DNA from: Clostridia bacterium
GTDB lineage: Bacteria; Bacillota; Clostridia; Oscillospirales; Acutalibacteraceae
Assembly: GCA_017503785.1 (NCBI GenBank)
Contig: JAFVSK010000018.1
Coordinates: 106,079-170,078 of the forward strand
Direction: 5' to 3'
Length of the DNA stretch: 64,000 nucleotides
The notes under the pieces are model-generated. The model was not told the origin of the DNA. It saw only the letters and a list, made by a program, of their open reading frames with translations, and ran no database searches. Below, in pieces: positions 50,714-61,500 of the stretch. A program made the translations under genes and the position numbers. The first letter of the stretch is position 1. Each line of letters starts with the position of its first letter.

Positions 50714-51064
50714 TTGGCTGATAGCATTTTAAGAGATAAAGCAAAAGAATTTGCAAAGACTATTGTTTTTCTCTGTCGTGATATGAAAGAAAATTGTAAG
50801 GAATCAGTTTTAATAAACCAATTACTTCGTTCTGCTACTTCAATCGGTGCGAATTTACACGAAGCACAATACGCACAAGGAACAAAGGATTTTATTTCTA
50901 AACTTGAAATAGCACAAAAAGAATGCTACGAAACTGAATATTGGCTTGAACTTCTATTTGAAACAAATTGCATGAATGAAGAAAATTATAAAGCATTACA
51001 AAACGATTGCGGTGCTATCCGCAGAATGTTAATTTCTTCTCTTAAAACAATAAAATCGAAATAG
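50714..51064 (+). CDS. Four-helix-bundle protein (23S rRNA intervening-sequence protein / Avd-like family)
   Basis: ..RDKAKEFAKTIVFLCRDM...LINQLLRSATSIGANLHEAQYAQGTKDFISKLEIAQKECYETEYWLELL is the recognisable family pattern. A TTG start at 50714 after GAGGTGA is preferred (the track ORF starts at 50687). Strongly A/T-rich relative to its surroundings. Confidence 0.75.
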   Translation: MADSILRDKAKEFAKTIVFLCRDMKENCKESVLINQLLRSATSIGANLHEAQYAQGTKDFISKLEIAQKECYETEYWLELLFETNCMNEENYKALQNDCGAIRRMLISSLKTIKSK

Positions 51065-51199
51065 GGGTTTGGGCTTACCTACAAACTCTTATGAAATAAA
51101 AAAACGCACCGGAAATATCGGTTTATCATTGGTTTCCTAAGTATGCTAAGGAAAAAAGATATATCGAAATATGGTTGCCTATAGAAAAAGCAAGATAAC

Positions 51200-51240
51200 A
51201 AAAAGTTCCAGACAGAGATTTTTCTGCCTGGAACTTTTTG
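51200..51240. terminator. Bidirectional terminator
   Basis: AAAAAGTTCCAGACAG-AGATTTTT-CTGCCTGGAACTTTTT. Confidence 0.75.
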
Positions 51241-53109
51241 TTATCCGATCTCTTTTCCGTCTTTCCAATAGCCGGCATTCACGCGGCCGTCGGCAAAGAT
51301 ATACCGCCCGGGGCCGTTACGCTCACCGTTTTCCCATTGTCCCTCAAAGCGGTCGCCGCTCTTCCAGTAATAGGTGCCACTGCCCTCGCGTTTACCGTTC
51401 ACCCACATGCCGTCGTACACGTCGCCGTCGGCATAGGTCATTTTCCCGCGGCCGTGGCGCCTACCGTTCTTCCAGTCGCCCGTGTACACCTCGCCATCCG
51501 TCCACGTGTACGTGCCATGTCCGCACTTTTGATCATTCACCCACGCGCCGCTATACACGTCGCCGTTCTTCCACGTGTACGTGCCGTGTCCGCTCACTTG
51601 ATCGTTCACCCACTCGCCGTCGTACGCGTCACCGCTTTTATAGGTCATTTTTCCGCGACCGTGACAGCGAAGTCTGCCGTGCTCGGCTTCGTGCAACGCT
51701 CCCTCGTACACACTGCCGGTGCTGTAGCGCACCCGCACGTGGTCCAGCTGCAGCACACCGTTTTGCCAGGTGCCCTCGTAGGTATCCTCACCCTCGTCCA
51801 CGTACACACCGCGGCCGTGGCGCTTACCGTCCTTCCATTCGCCCTCGTAGGTGCAATCGTCGCTCTCCTCCAGCCGTCCAAAGCCGTTGTACGCACCGTT
51901 CTTATAGCTGCCAATGTACGTTGTGCCATCGTCGTATTCCACGCGCGCATGCCCGCACGGCTCATCGTCGCGCCAATCACCGTCGTACACCACTTCACTC
52001 TCGTTACCGTATTGGTCTTTCGTTTTTTTCACGAGCTTGCCCTTGCCGTGGCGCTTATCACTTTTCCAGTCGCCCTCGTAGGTGCTGCTGTCGGCATAGG
52101 TCATCACGCCGCGACCGTGGCGCTCACCATCCTTCCAGTTGCCCTCGTACGCCGCACCGTCATTGTACACCAACCGGCCGAAGCCGTTGCGCTTGCCATT
52201 CTCTGCCATGCCGTCGTAGACAAAGCCGTCGCAAAATACCGCATGTATGTGACCGTGCGCTTTCCACTGCTTCCACTCGCCGTCCACAGAGGCGCCGTTA
52301 TCGTATGTCAGGCGGCCGCGGCCCTCGATCATGTCGTCGCACCAGTCGCCAACGTACGTGCGGTTGCTCCAGCGATACTCGCCGTGGCCGTGGCGCTTGC
52401 CGTCACGCCAGCTGCCGCGGTACACCGAGCCGTCCTTATACGTCATGGTGCCCACGCCGTGCGGCACGTCGCCCACGCGGTCGCCGCTATATTCGCCCGC
52501 CTCGGTAAACACCTGCTCGTCGGACTCCACCACCCCGAACACCTCGCCGATCTGGCGCAGCAGGGTTTCGGTGTGACCCGCCGCTTGATACTTCACGTAG
52601 GTGTGGCTTTGCGGGAACATTTCGGCCAGCACCGTCATTTTTTCCAGATCCACGCAGCCCTCGGCAAACGCTTCGCCCAGCATCTGTTGCGGGCTCTTTT
52701 GGGCCAGCTTCACGCAAAAATACGTTTTCGGCTCGGCGCCCTCCACCGGCTTGCCGTGTTCGTCGCACCCGCGGGTAAACTGCACCTCGCGGTAAATGGC
52801 ACTGCTGCGCAGCATGCTTTCACTCAAATAAAAAATTACGCCGCGGCAGTTGGGATGCTGGATCCACGCCTGCGCATCGTCGTCCCACGCTTCGCCGGCC
52901 GTGAAATGCCGATCGTAGAAAAACCGCACGTTTTGATCGTACAGATCGGCCAAGTCGGCGTACACCTGCTTGTAATCCACGCGCGCATAGCTGATGAACA
53001 CAAAGGTCTTTTTTTCGCGGTCAAACTCGGGCAGGGGCACCTTGTCGCACACATCCAGACTGCTTGCCGCCGCCAGTTGTTTTTTGTATTCTTCGCTGTT
53101 AAACGCCAT
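51241..53109 (-). CDS. TIR-domain protein with a long MORN-repeat array
   Basis: N-terminal [38 protein letters not shown]...[20 protein letters not shown] (TIR_2-like). The C-terminal ~400 aa hold about 16-17 repeats of the type Y.G.W.dGkrHG.G. The ATG at 53109 follows GAGGAGG. Confidence 0.8.
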   Translation of the reverse strand: MAFNSEEYKKQLAAASSLDVCDKVPLPEFDREKKTFVFISYARVDYKQVYADLADLYDQNVRFFYDRHFTAGEAWDDDAQAWIQHPNCRGVIFYLSESMLRSSAIYREVQFTRGCDEHGKPVEGAEPKTYFCVKLAQKSPQQMLGEAFAEGCVDLEKMTVLAEMFPQSHTYVKYQAAGHTETLLRQIGEVFGVVESDEQVFTEAGEYSGDRVGDVPHGVGTMTYKDGSVYRGSWRDGKRHGHGEYRWSNRTYVGDWCDDMIEGRGRLTYDNGASVDGEWKQWKAHGHIHAVFCDGFVYDGMAENGKRNGFGRLVYNDGAAYEGNWKDGERHGRGVMTYADSSTYEGDWKSDKRHGKGKLVKKTKDQYGNESEVVYDGDWRDDEPCGHARVEYDDGTTYIGSYKNGAYNGFGRLEESDDCTYEGEWKDGKRHGRGVYVDEGEDTYEGTWQNGVLQLDHVRVRYSTGSVYEGALHEAEHGRLRCHGRGKMTYKSGDAYDGEWVNDQVSGHGTYTWKNGDVYSGAWVNDQKCGHGTYTWTDGEVYTGDWKNGRRHGRGKMTYADGDVYDGMWVNGKREGSGTYYWKSGDRFEGQWENGERNGPGRYIFADGRVNAGYWKDGKEIG

Positions 53110-53140
53110 GCTTCGCGCCTCCTCGCAGGGTACTGTATTC

Positions 53141-53169
53141 ATTATAAACGTCCGCTACAGGCTTGTCAA
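53141..53169 (-). promoter_or_regulatory. Consensus sigma-70/sigma-A promoter of the TIR-MORN gene
   Basis: On the minus strand: TTGACA (53169-53164), exactly 17 nt, TATAAT (53146-53141), about 30 nt upstream of the start codon. Confidence 0.7.
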
Positions 53170-53299
53170 GAACAGGGAACCCCCCATATCTTGTGGTATT
53201 TCGCCGCATTTCGCGCGTTTTGTCACAATTTGTTTACAAAAAAGGCTTGCACTTTGCCGAAGTATTGTGTTAAACTATAGCGGTAAAGGAGCTGATCCT

Positions 53300-53752
53300 A
53301 TGAAATGTCCGTTCTGCGGCCAACCTGAAAGCAAGGTTATCGACTCCCGCCCCACCGATGAGGGCACCCGCATTCGCCGTCGGCGCGAATGCTTGGAATG
53401 TGCGCGCCGCTTCACCACGTACGAAATTGTGGAAAGCCTGCCCATCGTGGTGGTCAAGAAGGATTCTTCCCGCGAATTGTTCGACCGTCAAAAGCTGTTC
53501 AACGGCATGCTGCGCGCCTGTCAAAAGCGCCCCGTACCGCTGGAGGTGCTGGAGCGCGCGGTAGACGAAATCGAAGCCCAGCTGCAAAATTCGCTGGAGC
53601 GCGAGGTTCCCGCCACCAAAATCGGCGAATACGCCATGGAAAAGCTCCGCAATATCGACGAGATCGCCTACGTGCGCTTCGCCTCGGTGTACCGCCAGTT
53701 TAAGGATATCAGCTCGTTCCACGACGAGATCAGCAAGCTGCTCGATAAATAA
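53300..53752 (+). CDS. nrdR: Transcriptional repressor NrdR
   Basis: [42 protein letters not shown] zinc ribbon plus an ATP-cone. AAAGGAG RBS. Confidence 0.95.
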   Translation: MKCPFCGQPESKVIDSRPTDEGTRIRRRRECLECARRFTTYEIVESLPIVVVKKDSSRELFDRQKLFNGMLRACQKRPVPLEVLERAVDEIEAQLQNSLEREVPATKIGEYAMEKLRNIDEIAYVRFASVYRQFKDISSFHDEISKLLDK

Positions 53753-53759
53753 ATAAATA

Positions 53760-53793
53760 AAAAGCAGAGAACACCTGTTCTCTGCTTTTTTTA
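53760..53793. terminator. Bidirectional terminator
   Basis: AAAAGCAGAGAAC-ACCT-GTTCTCTGCTTTTTTT. Confidence 0.85.
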
Positions 53794-55128
53794 TTCCCGC
53801 AAGGCACCGCGTCGCCGCGCATGCACCAAAAACGCCGCCGTCATCACAAGGCACAGCAGCTCCGAGGCCGGCCCCGCCAGCCAAATGCCGTCCAGTCCCC
53901 ACCACAGCGGCAGCAGGTACAAGGCCGCCAGCTGGAACACCAGCGTGCGCGAAAACGACAGCAACGCCGAAACCAAGCCGTTGTTGAGCGCCGTGTAATA
54001 CGACGAGCCGAAAATATTGATGCCCGACACCAAAAACGACAGCGAGCACAGCTGAAACGCGCGCAGGGTCATTTGGTACAGCTCGCGGTCGTACCCCACG
54101 AACACACCGCTGAGCGCAGGGGCTAACAGCAGCGCCAACGCCGTGAGCAGCACGCCTGCCACTGCAAGCAGCAGCACGCTTTTGCGCAAAAGGCTGCGCA
54201 GCTCGGGGCGATTGCCCGCACCGAAATGAAAGCTCACGGGTGGGGCACTGCCCACCGCGTAGCCGATAAACACCGAAACGAAAATGAAATTGACATACAT
54301 GACCACGCCGTAGGCGGCAATGCCGTTTTCGCCCGCCAAGCGCAGCAGCTGCACGTTGTACAGCATCGACACCAGCGACATCGACAGATTGTTCATCAGC
54401 TCCGACGAGCCGTTGGTGCACACCCGCAACAGGGCACCGCCGTCGAACGTGAAGCGGCACAGCCGCAGCAAGCTGCTGTTGCGGCGGCCGAAATAGAACA
54501 GCGGCAGCACGCCGCCCACCGTTTGGCTGAGCGCCGTAGCCCACGCCGCGCCCTCTAAGCCCCAGCGAAACACCGCCACGAACAAGGCGTCCAGCACAAT
54601 GTTGGTCACGCCCGCCGCCACCGTTACCGCCAGTCCCAAGCGCGGCTTACCGGCCGTAACGAAAAAGCTTTGAAATTCGTTTTGCAGCACGAACGCAGGC
54701 AGCACGATCATGAGAATACGCCCATAGGTCACGCAGCACTCCAGCATCTCGCCCTCGGCGCCCAGCAGCGCCGCAATGGGGCGCAAAAACAACAGCCCCA
54801 GCACCGTGAGCACCACAGCGCCCACCAGCGATACGCCGAGCAGCATGGAAAAGAGCCGATTGGCGCGGTCGTTCTCACCCTCGCCCAGCGTTTTTCCCAC
54901 CAGCGCGCTGCCGCCGGTGCCGATCATAAAGCCCAGAGCGGAAAACACCATTAGAAAAGGGAAAATGAGGTTCACCGCCGCAAACGGCGTTTTCCCCACG
55001 AAGTTCGACACGAATATTCCGTCGATCACGCCGTAGATGGACACAAAGATCATCATCACCACCGACGGCACGGTAAACCGCAGCAGCCGCCCGTAAGAAA
55101 AATGCCCGTCCAACGGACTGTTCTTCAT
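53791..55128 (-). CDS. MATE-family efflux transporter
   Basis: 445 aa with 12 hydrophobic segments. The N-terminal LLRFTVPSVVMMIFVSIYGVIDGIFVSNFVGKTPFAAV is typical of the MATE family. Confidence 0.85.
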   Translation of the reverse strand: MKNSPLDGHFSYGRLLRFTVPSVVMMIFVSIYGVIDGIFVSNFVGKTPFAAVNLIFPFLMVFSALGFMIGTGGSALVGKTLGEGENDRANRLFSMLLGVSLVGAVVLTVLGLLFLRPIAALLGAEGEMLECCVTYGRILMIVLPAFVLQNEFQSFFVTAGKPRLGLAVTVAAGVTNIVLDALFVAVFRWGLEGAAWATALSQTVGGVLPLFYFGRRNSSLLRLCRFTFDGGALLRVCTNGSSELMNNLSMSLVSMLYNVQLLRLAGENGIAAYGVVMYVNFIFVSVFIGYAVGSAPPVSFHFGAGNRPELRSLLRKSVLLLAVAGVLLTALALLLAPALSGVFVGYDRELYQMTLRAFQLCSLSFLVSGINIFGSSYYTALNNGLVSALLSFSRTLVFQLAALYLLPLWWGLDGIWLAGPASELLCLVMTAAFLVHARRRGALRE

Positions 55129-55270
55129 GGCTCTCTCCCCTTCCTTAACGCAATTAGGCCTATTATATCACACCGATCGTAAAATACAATCCTTTTCCGC
55201 CGCGGGTCTGTACTTTTTTAAAAAACTATGCTACACTTATAGCCGAAGACACCACCAAAGGAGGTTTCCC

Positions 55271-57661
55271 ATGCGTTGTTTGCAAATTTTCGTATCCAGC
55301 ACCTTCAGTGATATGCACCGCGAGCGGGATCTTCTTCATCAGGTCGCGGGGCTTATCAACCGCGATATCGTTCACACCGGCTACCAAATCGTGCTGCGCG
55401 ACCTGCGCTACGGCATCAACACCGCCGACCTGCAAAGCGAACGCGACGTTGAGCGCACCATTCTGTCGGAATGCTTCGACGTTATTGACGACTGCGCGCT
55501 GTTCGTGCTGCTGCTCGGCAACCGCTACGGCACCGTCTTTCACGATATGGACACACCGCAGCGCTACCTGCCGCACGTAGATCTCGAGGGCAAAAGCGTA
55601 ACGCACCTCGAGGTGGACTACGGCCGCGTTCGCATCGACAAGCAGCGGCTACTGGTGTTTGAGCGTGCGCTTGAGGGCGCCGTCACCGGGCTGTCGCTGC
55701 CCTACCGCGAAACCGAAGAGGGCGCCGCCAAGGTGCGCTTGCTGCGCGATGCTCTGCTGCGCGAGGGCTACACCATCGACCGCTACACCGCCACCGCCGA
55801 GGGCGGCGCGCTGTGCATCGACGAGCACTATTTCATCAAGCACACGCAAGGGCTTTTGGAGCAACGCGTGCTGGAATACATTGCCGCGCAGCCTGCCACG
55901 GCTGCCGCCGCCACCGAGGCCTTACACCCCGCGCTGCAGCAGGCGCTGGAGCAAAAGCTCGCCGTCTATCCCGCGCCGTACCGCGCGTGCGCCGAAGCGC
56001 TGCTCCGCTTGCGTATGCAAGACCTTTTGCACCAAGCCGACTACGACGCCGTGCGCCGCTTCGGCCGCGGCGGCAAAGCATTGTTAGATTATCGCTGCGC
56101 GCTCGTTGCCTCACAGCCCGACGATATTCTCGAGCTACTGCAAGCCGTGTGCGCCTGTCTGGCCGAGGTAACCGCCCCCACGTCCGACGTATTTCGTGCC
56201 CTGCAGCTGCTGGCGTGCGCACAAACCACGGCGCTGGCCCAAACGGGCGGTATCAGCCTGCACGAGCTTACCTGCTTGTTGGAGAACACCCCCCTACCTC
56301 ATGGGCAGGATTACGATGCATGGCAAGCATGGCGCAGCGAAGCGGGCGGCATGCAGCACGCACAAACGCCGCTGCAGCGCGCCTTCTCCTGCCTGCTCGA
56401 CTCCCTGCTCACCCACACCGAGGCCGGCTACGCCTTTGTGGACGAAGCGGTGGCCTCGCTGCTGGCCGCCACCGCTCCTGCCGCCGTGCGCGAACGGCTG
56501 CAGCACTACGTAGCCGCGGTGTTTTGGTATCTGCCGAAACCCGCCAAAGCGTGGCTGTCGCTGCTGCGCGAGGGCCGCTATGCTCTGTGCGTGGCCTGCG
56601 TGGAGCAGCTGCATTACGACGAACGCTTCACCAACGCCCTGTGCACCTATCTTGAAGACGAACATGTCCCCGTGGGCGAGCTGCTTTCGCTGCTGGAGGA
56701 GCTACTCAAAAACGCCATCGAGCTGCCTGCTGCCCCCACCACGCTGTATTATCTGCTCACGGTGGCCGCCGCGCTGGTGGAGTTCGCCTCCTACGATGAC
56801 GACATCGACGGCGACGAGCTGTTTGCCAACCGCATGGTACCGCTGTATCAAACGGTGCATCAGCGGTTTTACGAAACGCACAAGGATGCGCTCACCCTCG
56901 AAAAGCGGTATTTTCTCCATCAGGTGTACAACCGCTTTGAGCTCGAGCTCGATGCTACTCCGCCGCCGCTGCTCACACCGCCGCAGCAGGATGAGGCCGA
57001 AGCCCTGTATGGGGCGATCCTCCAATTCCTCTACCCCACCCTGCCGCCCGAGCTGGAGGGGGACTCCCTGTTAGAAACGCTGGGCGCACTGCTTCAGCAG
57101 AATGCTCCGCCCACCTTCGCATTCCCCGAGGAATTTGAAGAGGCACTCAACCTGCTGCACTCGTACCTGCCGCAGGAAGCCGCGCTCACCGCCGTGTTTC
57201 AGTTGTATATGCTCAACTGCGGTTCACAGCCGCTGGCGATGCTGGAAAGCCTGGCCGTTGCGGTGCTGAAGGGGGCGTTCAGCACGGCGTTTGCGCAAAC
57301 GCTGGCAGAGAACTGCCTATACATTCATCCCACCGCCTACGACCTCGAAACCACCATTGCCGCAACCGTGCTGTTTCTGGCCATTCCCGCCCTTGCTAAG
57401 AAAGAACTTGCGCATTGCTTGGCAGCGCTGCACACCGTGTACGCGCTGGTGCGCACCGAAACGAAGCTGCTTCGCTGCGATTGGTTCCGCTGGAGCACCC
57501 TCGTTTCGTGCGATCTCATCGACAAGCTGCGCGACACCGACGATGCCGTGGTTGCCGAGATCGCCTTGGTGCAAGACGACTTTTTCGGCGCCGACTACGA
57601 CGAGTTGGCCGCCATCGACGCAAATCTCGTCAAAGCCGCTCGGCAGCACCACCCACAGTAA
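55271..57661 (+). CDS. DUF4062-type N-terminal domain fused to a ~650-aa alpha-helical region (no P-loop seen)
   Basis: MRCLQIFVSSTFSDMHRERDLLHQVAGLI...ECFDVIDDCALFVLLLGNRYGTVF matches the DUF4062 pattern (FISStf.Dl..eR...i....d.fvlllG.rYG). The remainder is Leu/Ala-rich and helical. AAAGGAGG RBS. Confidence 0.65.
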   Translation: MRCLQIFVSSTFSDMHRERDLLHQVAGLINRDIVHTGYQIVLRDLRYGINTADLQSERDVERTILSECFDVIDDCALFVLLLGNRYGTVFHDMDTPQRYLPHVDLEGKSVTHLEVDYGRVRIDKQRLLVFERALEGAVTGLSLPYRETEEGAAKVRLLRDALLREGYTIDRYTATAEGGALCIDEHYFIKHTQGLLEQRVLEYIAAQPATAAAATEALHPALQQALEQKLAVYPAPYRACAEALLRLRMQDLLHQADYDAVRRFGRGGKALLDYRCALVASQPDDILELLQAVCACLAEVTAPTSDVFRALQLLACAQTTALAQTGGISLHELTCLLENTPLPHGQDYDAWQAWRSEAGGMQHAQTPLQRAFSCLLDSLLTHTEAGYAFVDEAVASLLAATAPAAVRERLQHYVAAVFWYLPKPAKAWLSLLREGRYALCVACVEQLHYDERFTNALCTYLEDEHVPVGELLSLLEELLKNAIELPAAPTTLYYLLTVAAALVEFASYDDDIDGDELFANRMVPLYQTVHQRFYETHKDALTLEKRYFLHQVYNRFELELDATPPPLLTPPQQDEAEALYGAILQFLYPTLPPELEGDSLLETLGALLQQNAPPTFAFPEEFEEALNLLHSYLPQEAALTAVFQLYMLNCGSQPLAMLESLAVAVLKGAFSTAFAQTLAENCLYIHPTAYDLETTIAATVLFLAIPALAKKELAHCLAALHTVYALVRTETKLLRCDWFRWSTLVSCDLIDKLRDTDDAVVAEIALVQDDFFGADYDELAAIDANLVKAARQHHPQ

Positions 57662-57667
57662 CGCAAC

Positions 57668-57704
57668 AAAAAAGCACGCAACCCTCGGTTGCGTGCTTTT
57701 TTTA
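57668..57704. terminator. Bidirectional terminator
   Basis: AAAAAAGCACGCAACC-CTC-GGTTGCGTGCTTTTTTT. Confidence 0.85.
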
Positions 57705-58493
57705 AGTCTTCTTCCGTTTCAGCCATGCCGGCAAATACGGCAGCGCGTGAATCAGCAAATAGATGGCATACACCAACATCACCGACAGCCAGTCGGGCGT
57801 GGCCGCGCCCAGCGGCGCAAAGAAAAAGGAATTGAGCTTAAAAAACATGTAATCGGACTGAACGGGCGAAAAATTCACGAGATTGGCCACCACCGACACG
57901 CACAGCGCCGGCACGGCAGGCAGCAGCAGCTCGTAGCCCTTGGTCACGCGCGTGTAGCTGTGATAGCCCGATACCAACATCAGTAGTGCACACAGCACCA
58001 GCGTGCCGTGATAAAACAGCGTGTGGAACCCTGCAAAGGACACGCAGGAATAGTTGCTCAGAACGTTGGCGGGATACACGAAATTGATCACTCCGCCCAA
58101 CAGTCCCAGGCTGCACACGTAGCCGCAGGCGGCGTAGCGCACGCGGCCCTTGCCCCAAACGGCAAACGGCATGGCATACATAAAAATGCTGCAGGGATAC
58201 AGCGGCAAAATGCCGCCCCACTCAAAGCTCACGGTCGCGCCGCAGCAGGTCTCCCACGTAATTTTGGCGATCTCCAGCACCACCGTGGCGATCCACAGCC
58301 CCGCAAACACGCGCTGCAGCACGCGCTCGCTTTGGTGCTTCAGCCGCACACACAGCAGCACGATCACCGCCACCCAGCAAGCCGAAGTCAAAAAATGCAG
58401 CGGCGTAAACAGCGTGCCCGGCAGCTGCTCGGCGGCGGGCAAAAAATCCTTATGCGTAAAGAAATTGCGAAGCAGCTCTCCCATCGTCCACAT
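57702..58493 (-). CDS. Integral membrane protein (YwaF/TMEM164-like)
   Basis: 263 aa with about 7 TM segments. The family assignment is tentative. Confidence 0.45.
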   Translation of the reverse strand: MWTMGELLRNFFTHKDFLPAAEQLPGTLFTPLHFLTSACWVAVIVLLCVRLKHQSERVLQRVFAGLWIATVVLEIAKITWETCCGATVSFEWGGILPLYPCSIFMYAMPFAVWGKGRVRYAACGYVCSLGLLGGVINFVYPANVLSNYSCVSFAGFHTLFYHGTLVLCALLMLVSGYHSYTRVTKGYELLLPAVPALCVSVVANLVNFSPVQSDYMFFKLNSFFFAPLGAATPDWLSVMLVYAIYLLIHALPYLPAWLKRKKT

Positions 58494-58523
58494 TTAAAAC
58501 GCACCCTTTCTCATCCGTGCTTT

Positions 58524-58558
58524 AAAAAAACCGCCGCAATAGTGCGGCGGTTTTTTTA
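58524..58558. terminator. Bidirectional terminator
   Basis: AAAAAAACCGCCGCA-ATAG-TGCGGCGGTTTTTTT. Confidence 0.85.
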
Positions 58559-58559
58559 T

Positions 58560-61500
58560 TTAGTCCTTGTCCTCCACGTCGCTGATCACACGATGGAAGC
58601 CCTCGAACACGAGCTTGTGTTCGTCCTTTTCCATGCAACGACCCGAGCAACGCACTGTTACCGTGTCTTTCTTAGGATGGTGCCATCGGTATTCCACCTG
58701 CACCACCTTATCGCTGTTTGTCATCGCATCGATCATAGCCTCCACCGCCGCGCGGTCGCTCCTATGTATCCGCTTTAGCCAGTACGCAAAGCAGTCCTTC
58801 GGCGTGATCGCATCGTCAACATCCAGCAGCGCGCGCATGGTTTCGTCGGTATACAATTCGCCCTTGCCGGTGGCCTTATCTATGCGAACGATCCACAAAC
58901 CGATACGAATACCGCTCAAGATCGTTTTCATTTCCATGTTCACGACCGGCGCGTGGCGCTTCACCTTGTTCAGCCGTTCGGTCAGCTCGAGCCGTTCGGC
59001 GTATTCCTTGGTGTTTTCGCTCAAATACTTAGCCTCAAGCAGCTCGACCGTCATCGGCTTGTCGAACAGATAACCCTGGAAAATATCCGGCTGCAGGCCC
59101 GAAACCACGGCAAATTCGTCGGTGGTCTCCACACCCTCCAGACACACCTTCAGTTCATTGGAGCGCGCAAACTCGATCACGTTGTAGATCAAATTGTAAT
59201 TGTAGCCGTTTTCCTTAATACCGCGAATGAACACGCGGTCCACTTTAAGAATGTTGGCGTGGATATGCTTCAAGTTACCCAGGTTGGAATAGCCGGTACC
59301 GAAATCGTCAATGGCGATCTGCACGCCTGCCTGCCGCAGCTTTGCCAAAATGGCAAACGTGTCTTCGCTTTCGTCCAGCGGTGTCGATTCGGTGATCTCC
59401 AAGATCAAGGCCTCACCGGGCAAGCCGTGCTTGGTGAGCAGCCGTGTGATCTGCGCGGCAAAGCGCTTCTTTTCCAACTGCTTGGGCGAAACGTTTACAC
59501 TGATCTTAAACTCGGGGAACCGCTCGCGCCACGCCTTGCATTGGCCGAGCGCCTCGTTCACCACCCAAGCGCCCACCTCGTTAATAAGACCGGCCTGCTC
59601 CAGCAGCGGAATGAATTGGTCGGGATATACCAGACCCTTGGTTTTTGACTCAAAGCGCAGCAGCGCCTCGGCCGACACCAGCGAAAGATCCTCGGCGGCA
59701 ATTTGCGGCTGATACATCAGCGAAAATCCGCGGCACTTATGCTTTACGCTGTCCTCCAGCTCCTCCAGCAGTTCCACGGCCGACAACCGCTCCATCAAGC
59801 TGTCTTTCGAGAAGAACACCAGTTTCCCAACGCCGTCTTTTTTGGCGCTGTTGAGGATCTGCACGGCGTAATCGTAAATGTTTTCGGCGCTGACGTACAA
59901 GGAGCGATCGTTGGGAACGACCGATGCGGAAATGGTGCATTGCCCTTCCATGGCCGCTTTGATCTCCTCGAACCGTGCTTCGGCCTCTCTGCTCGACTCC
60001 ACGTTGAGCAGCACCACAAAGCGGTCTTTTTCCGCGTGGTAAAGCTGCTGCAGTGAAAAGCGGTTTTCCAGTTCCTCGGCAAGCATCTTGAGCAGCTTGT
60101 CGCCGTACACGGAGCCGTGCTTCAGGTTGATCTCCGAAAGATTATCAATGTCAAGGAGCATCAGGCAGCTGAACGAGTTTTCCGTTTGCTTGAGCAGATC
60201 GGCTTTCAGCTTGGTCTTGTTAAACAGCGTGGTAATGGGGTTGTACAGATGCTTCACCGCGTTTTGCGAAATGCGCCCGATCACCACGAAATGGCTGTCG
60301 GTCTCGTCTTTGATCACGCTGCCGCGGCAGTTGACCCAACGTGCGCTGTTGTTGATATTCATGCGGAAGTTGATATCAATGGTTTCGGTGTCGTGTTGGA
60401 TCACCGCCGTAACGGCATTTTTCACCAGCGCATGATCGTTCACGTGCACAAAGCGGAGCATATCCAGTATGCCGCCTGCCAGCTCGCGGCCGTCGGCAAT
60501 GTCAAAGGCGTTCGGATCATCACCGAAGAAGCGGATCACACCCGTTTCGGTGTTCATGAGGAACAAATAGTCGTCGGTGCTGGAGGTGAGTGTCTGCAGC
60601 AGCTGGCAATACTTTTCCACCTGCAGCTGCTTAATGCCCTTCATGCCCTCCTGCCACGGGAAGGTCTCGCGCTTGGTGAGCGATTTGTTGTTGTACATTT
60701 CCTTATCGGCGCGGCGCAGCACGTCGGCAAGGCGATGGTCGGTCTCGGCATCAAAATGCGCCACACCGTAGGCACACGACACGCGACACTCGGGAAAGTC
60801 CTCCAGCCACAGGTCCTGCATACCGTCGATGCAATCGCTGATTCTGCGGGTGCGATCCTCATCGTCCTTTTCGTCCAAGATCACCACGAATTCGTCGCCG
60901 CCCATGCGGTACACGTTGGGCAGGCCAAAGCACGACATCAGGAAATTCGACACTGTCCACAGCAGCTTATCGCCCGCCATGTGTCCGAACACGTCGTTGG
61001 TGATCTTCAGTTTATTCACGTCGAACACCGCCACGGAAAAATCGGCCGTGCCGGCAAAGATCTCGTCGTTGATCACGGCCTCGCGATCCATGAAGGCCGA
61101 TTTGTTACCCACGCCGGTCAAGCCGTCGCGGTGTGCTTCGGCATCCAGCAAATGAATTTGATTTTTCAAGATCTTGCGCGTTTCAATGAAGGTGGAGGTC
61201 AGTTCACCGATCTCATCGCGCGATTTGGTATTAATATCGTAATCAAACTCGCCGTCCGTCAAGTGCTTGGCGGCCTCGTTGAGCTGTTTAATGGGGCGCG
61301 CCATTTCGCGGCTGACGAAGAACGCGATGAGCAGCGCACCGGCGATGACCACCAAAATGATGGAGCCGGTAAACAAGATCAGCTCGCGCTGCTCGCGGTA
61401 GATTTCCGACACGGGCGCAAAGCACACCATCAGCATACCGTTGCGCAGCTTGTAGCTGGCAAGGCGTTTTTCCACGCCGTCCAGCTCGTAGGCGATGAGC

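Noticed and set aside
50714-51064. A diversity-generating retroelement (Avd-like gene present).
   Set aside because: No reverse transcriptase ORF and no template/variable repeat pair were found anywhere in the window.
51241-53109. A Thoeris or other known multi-gene TIR defence system.
   Set aside because: No ThsA-like (SIR2/SLOG/Macro) or other recognised effector gene is adjacent. The neighbours are a terminator-bounded A/T-rich insert and nrdR.
51171-53280. Two very long plus-strand ORFs (445 and 680 aa), rich in Arg/His/Pro, opposite the TIR-MORN gene.
   Set aside because: They are the mirror image of the periodic MORN-repeat coding sequence. The minus-strand product has clear TIR and MORN motifs, an RBS and a consensus promoter.
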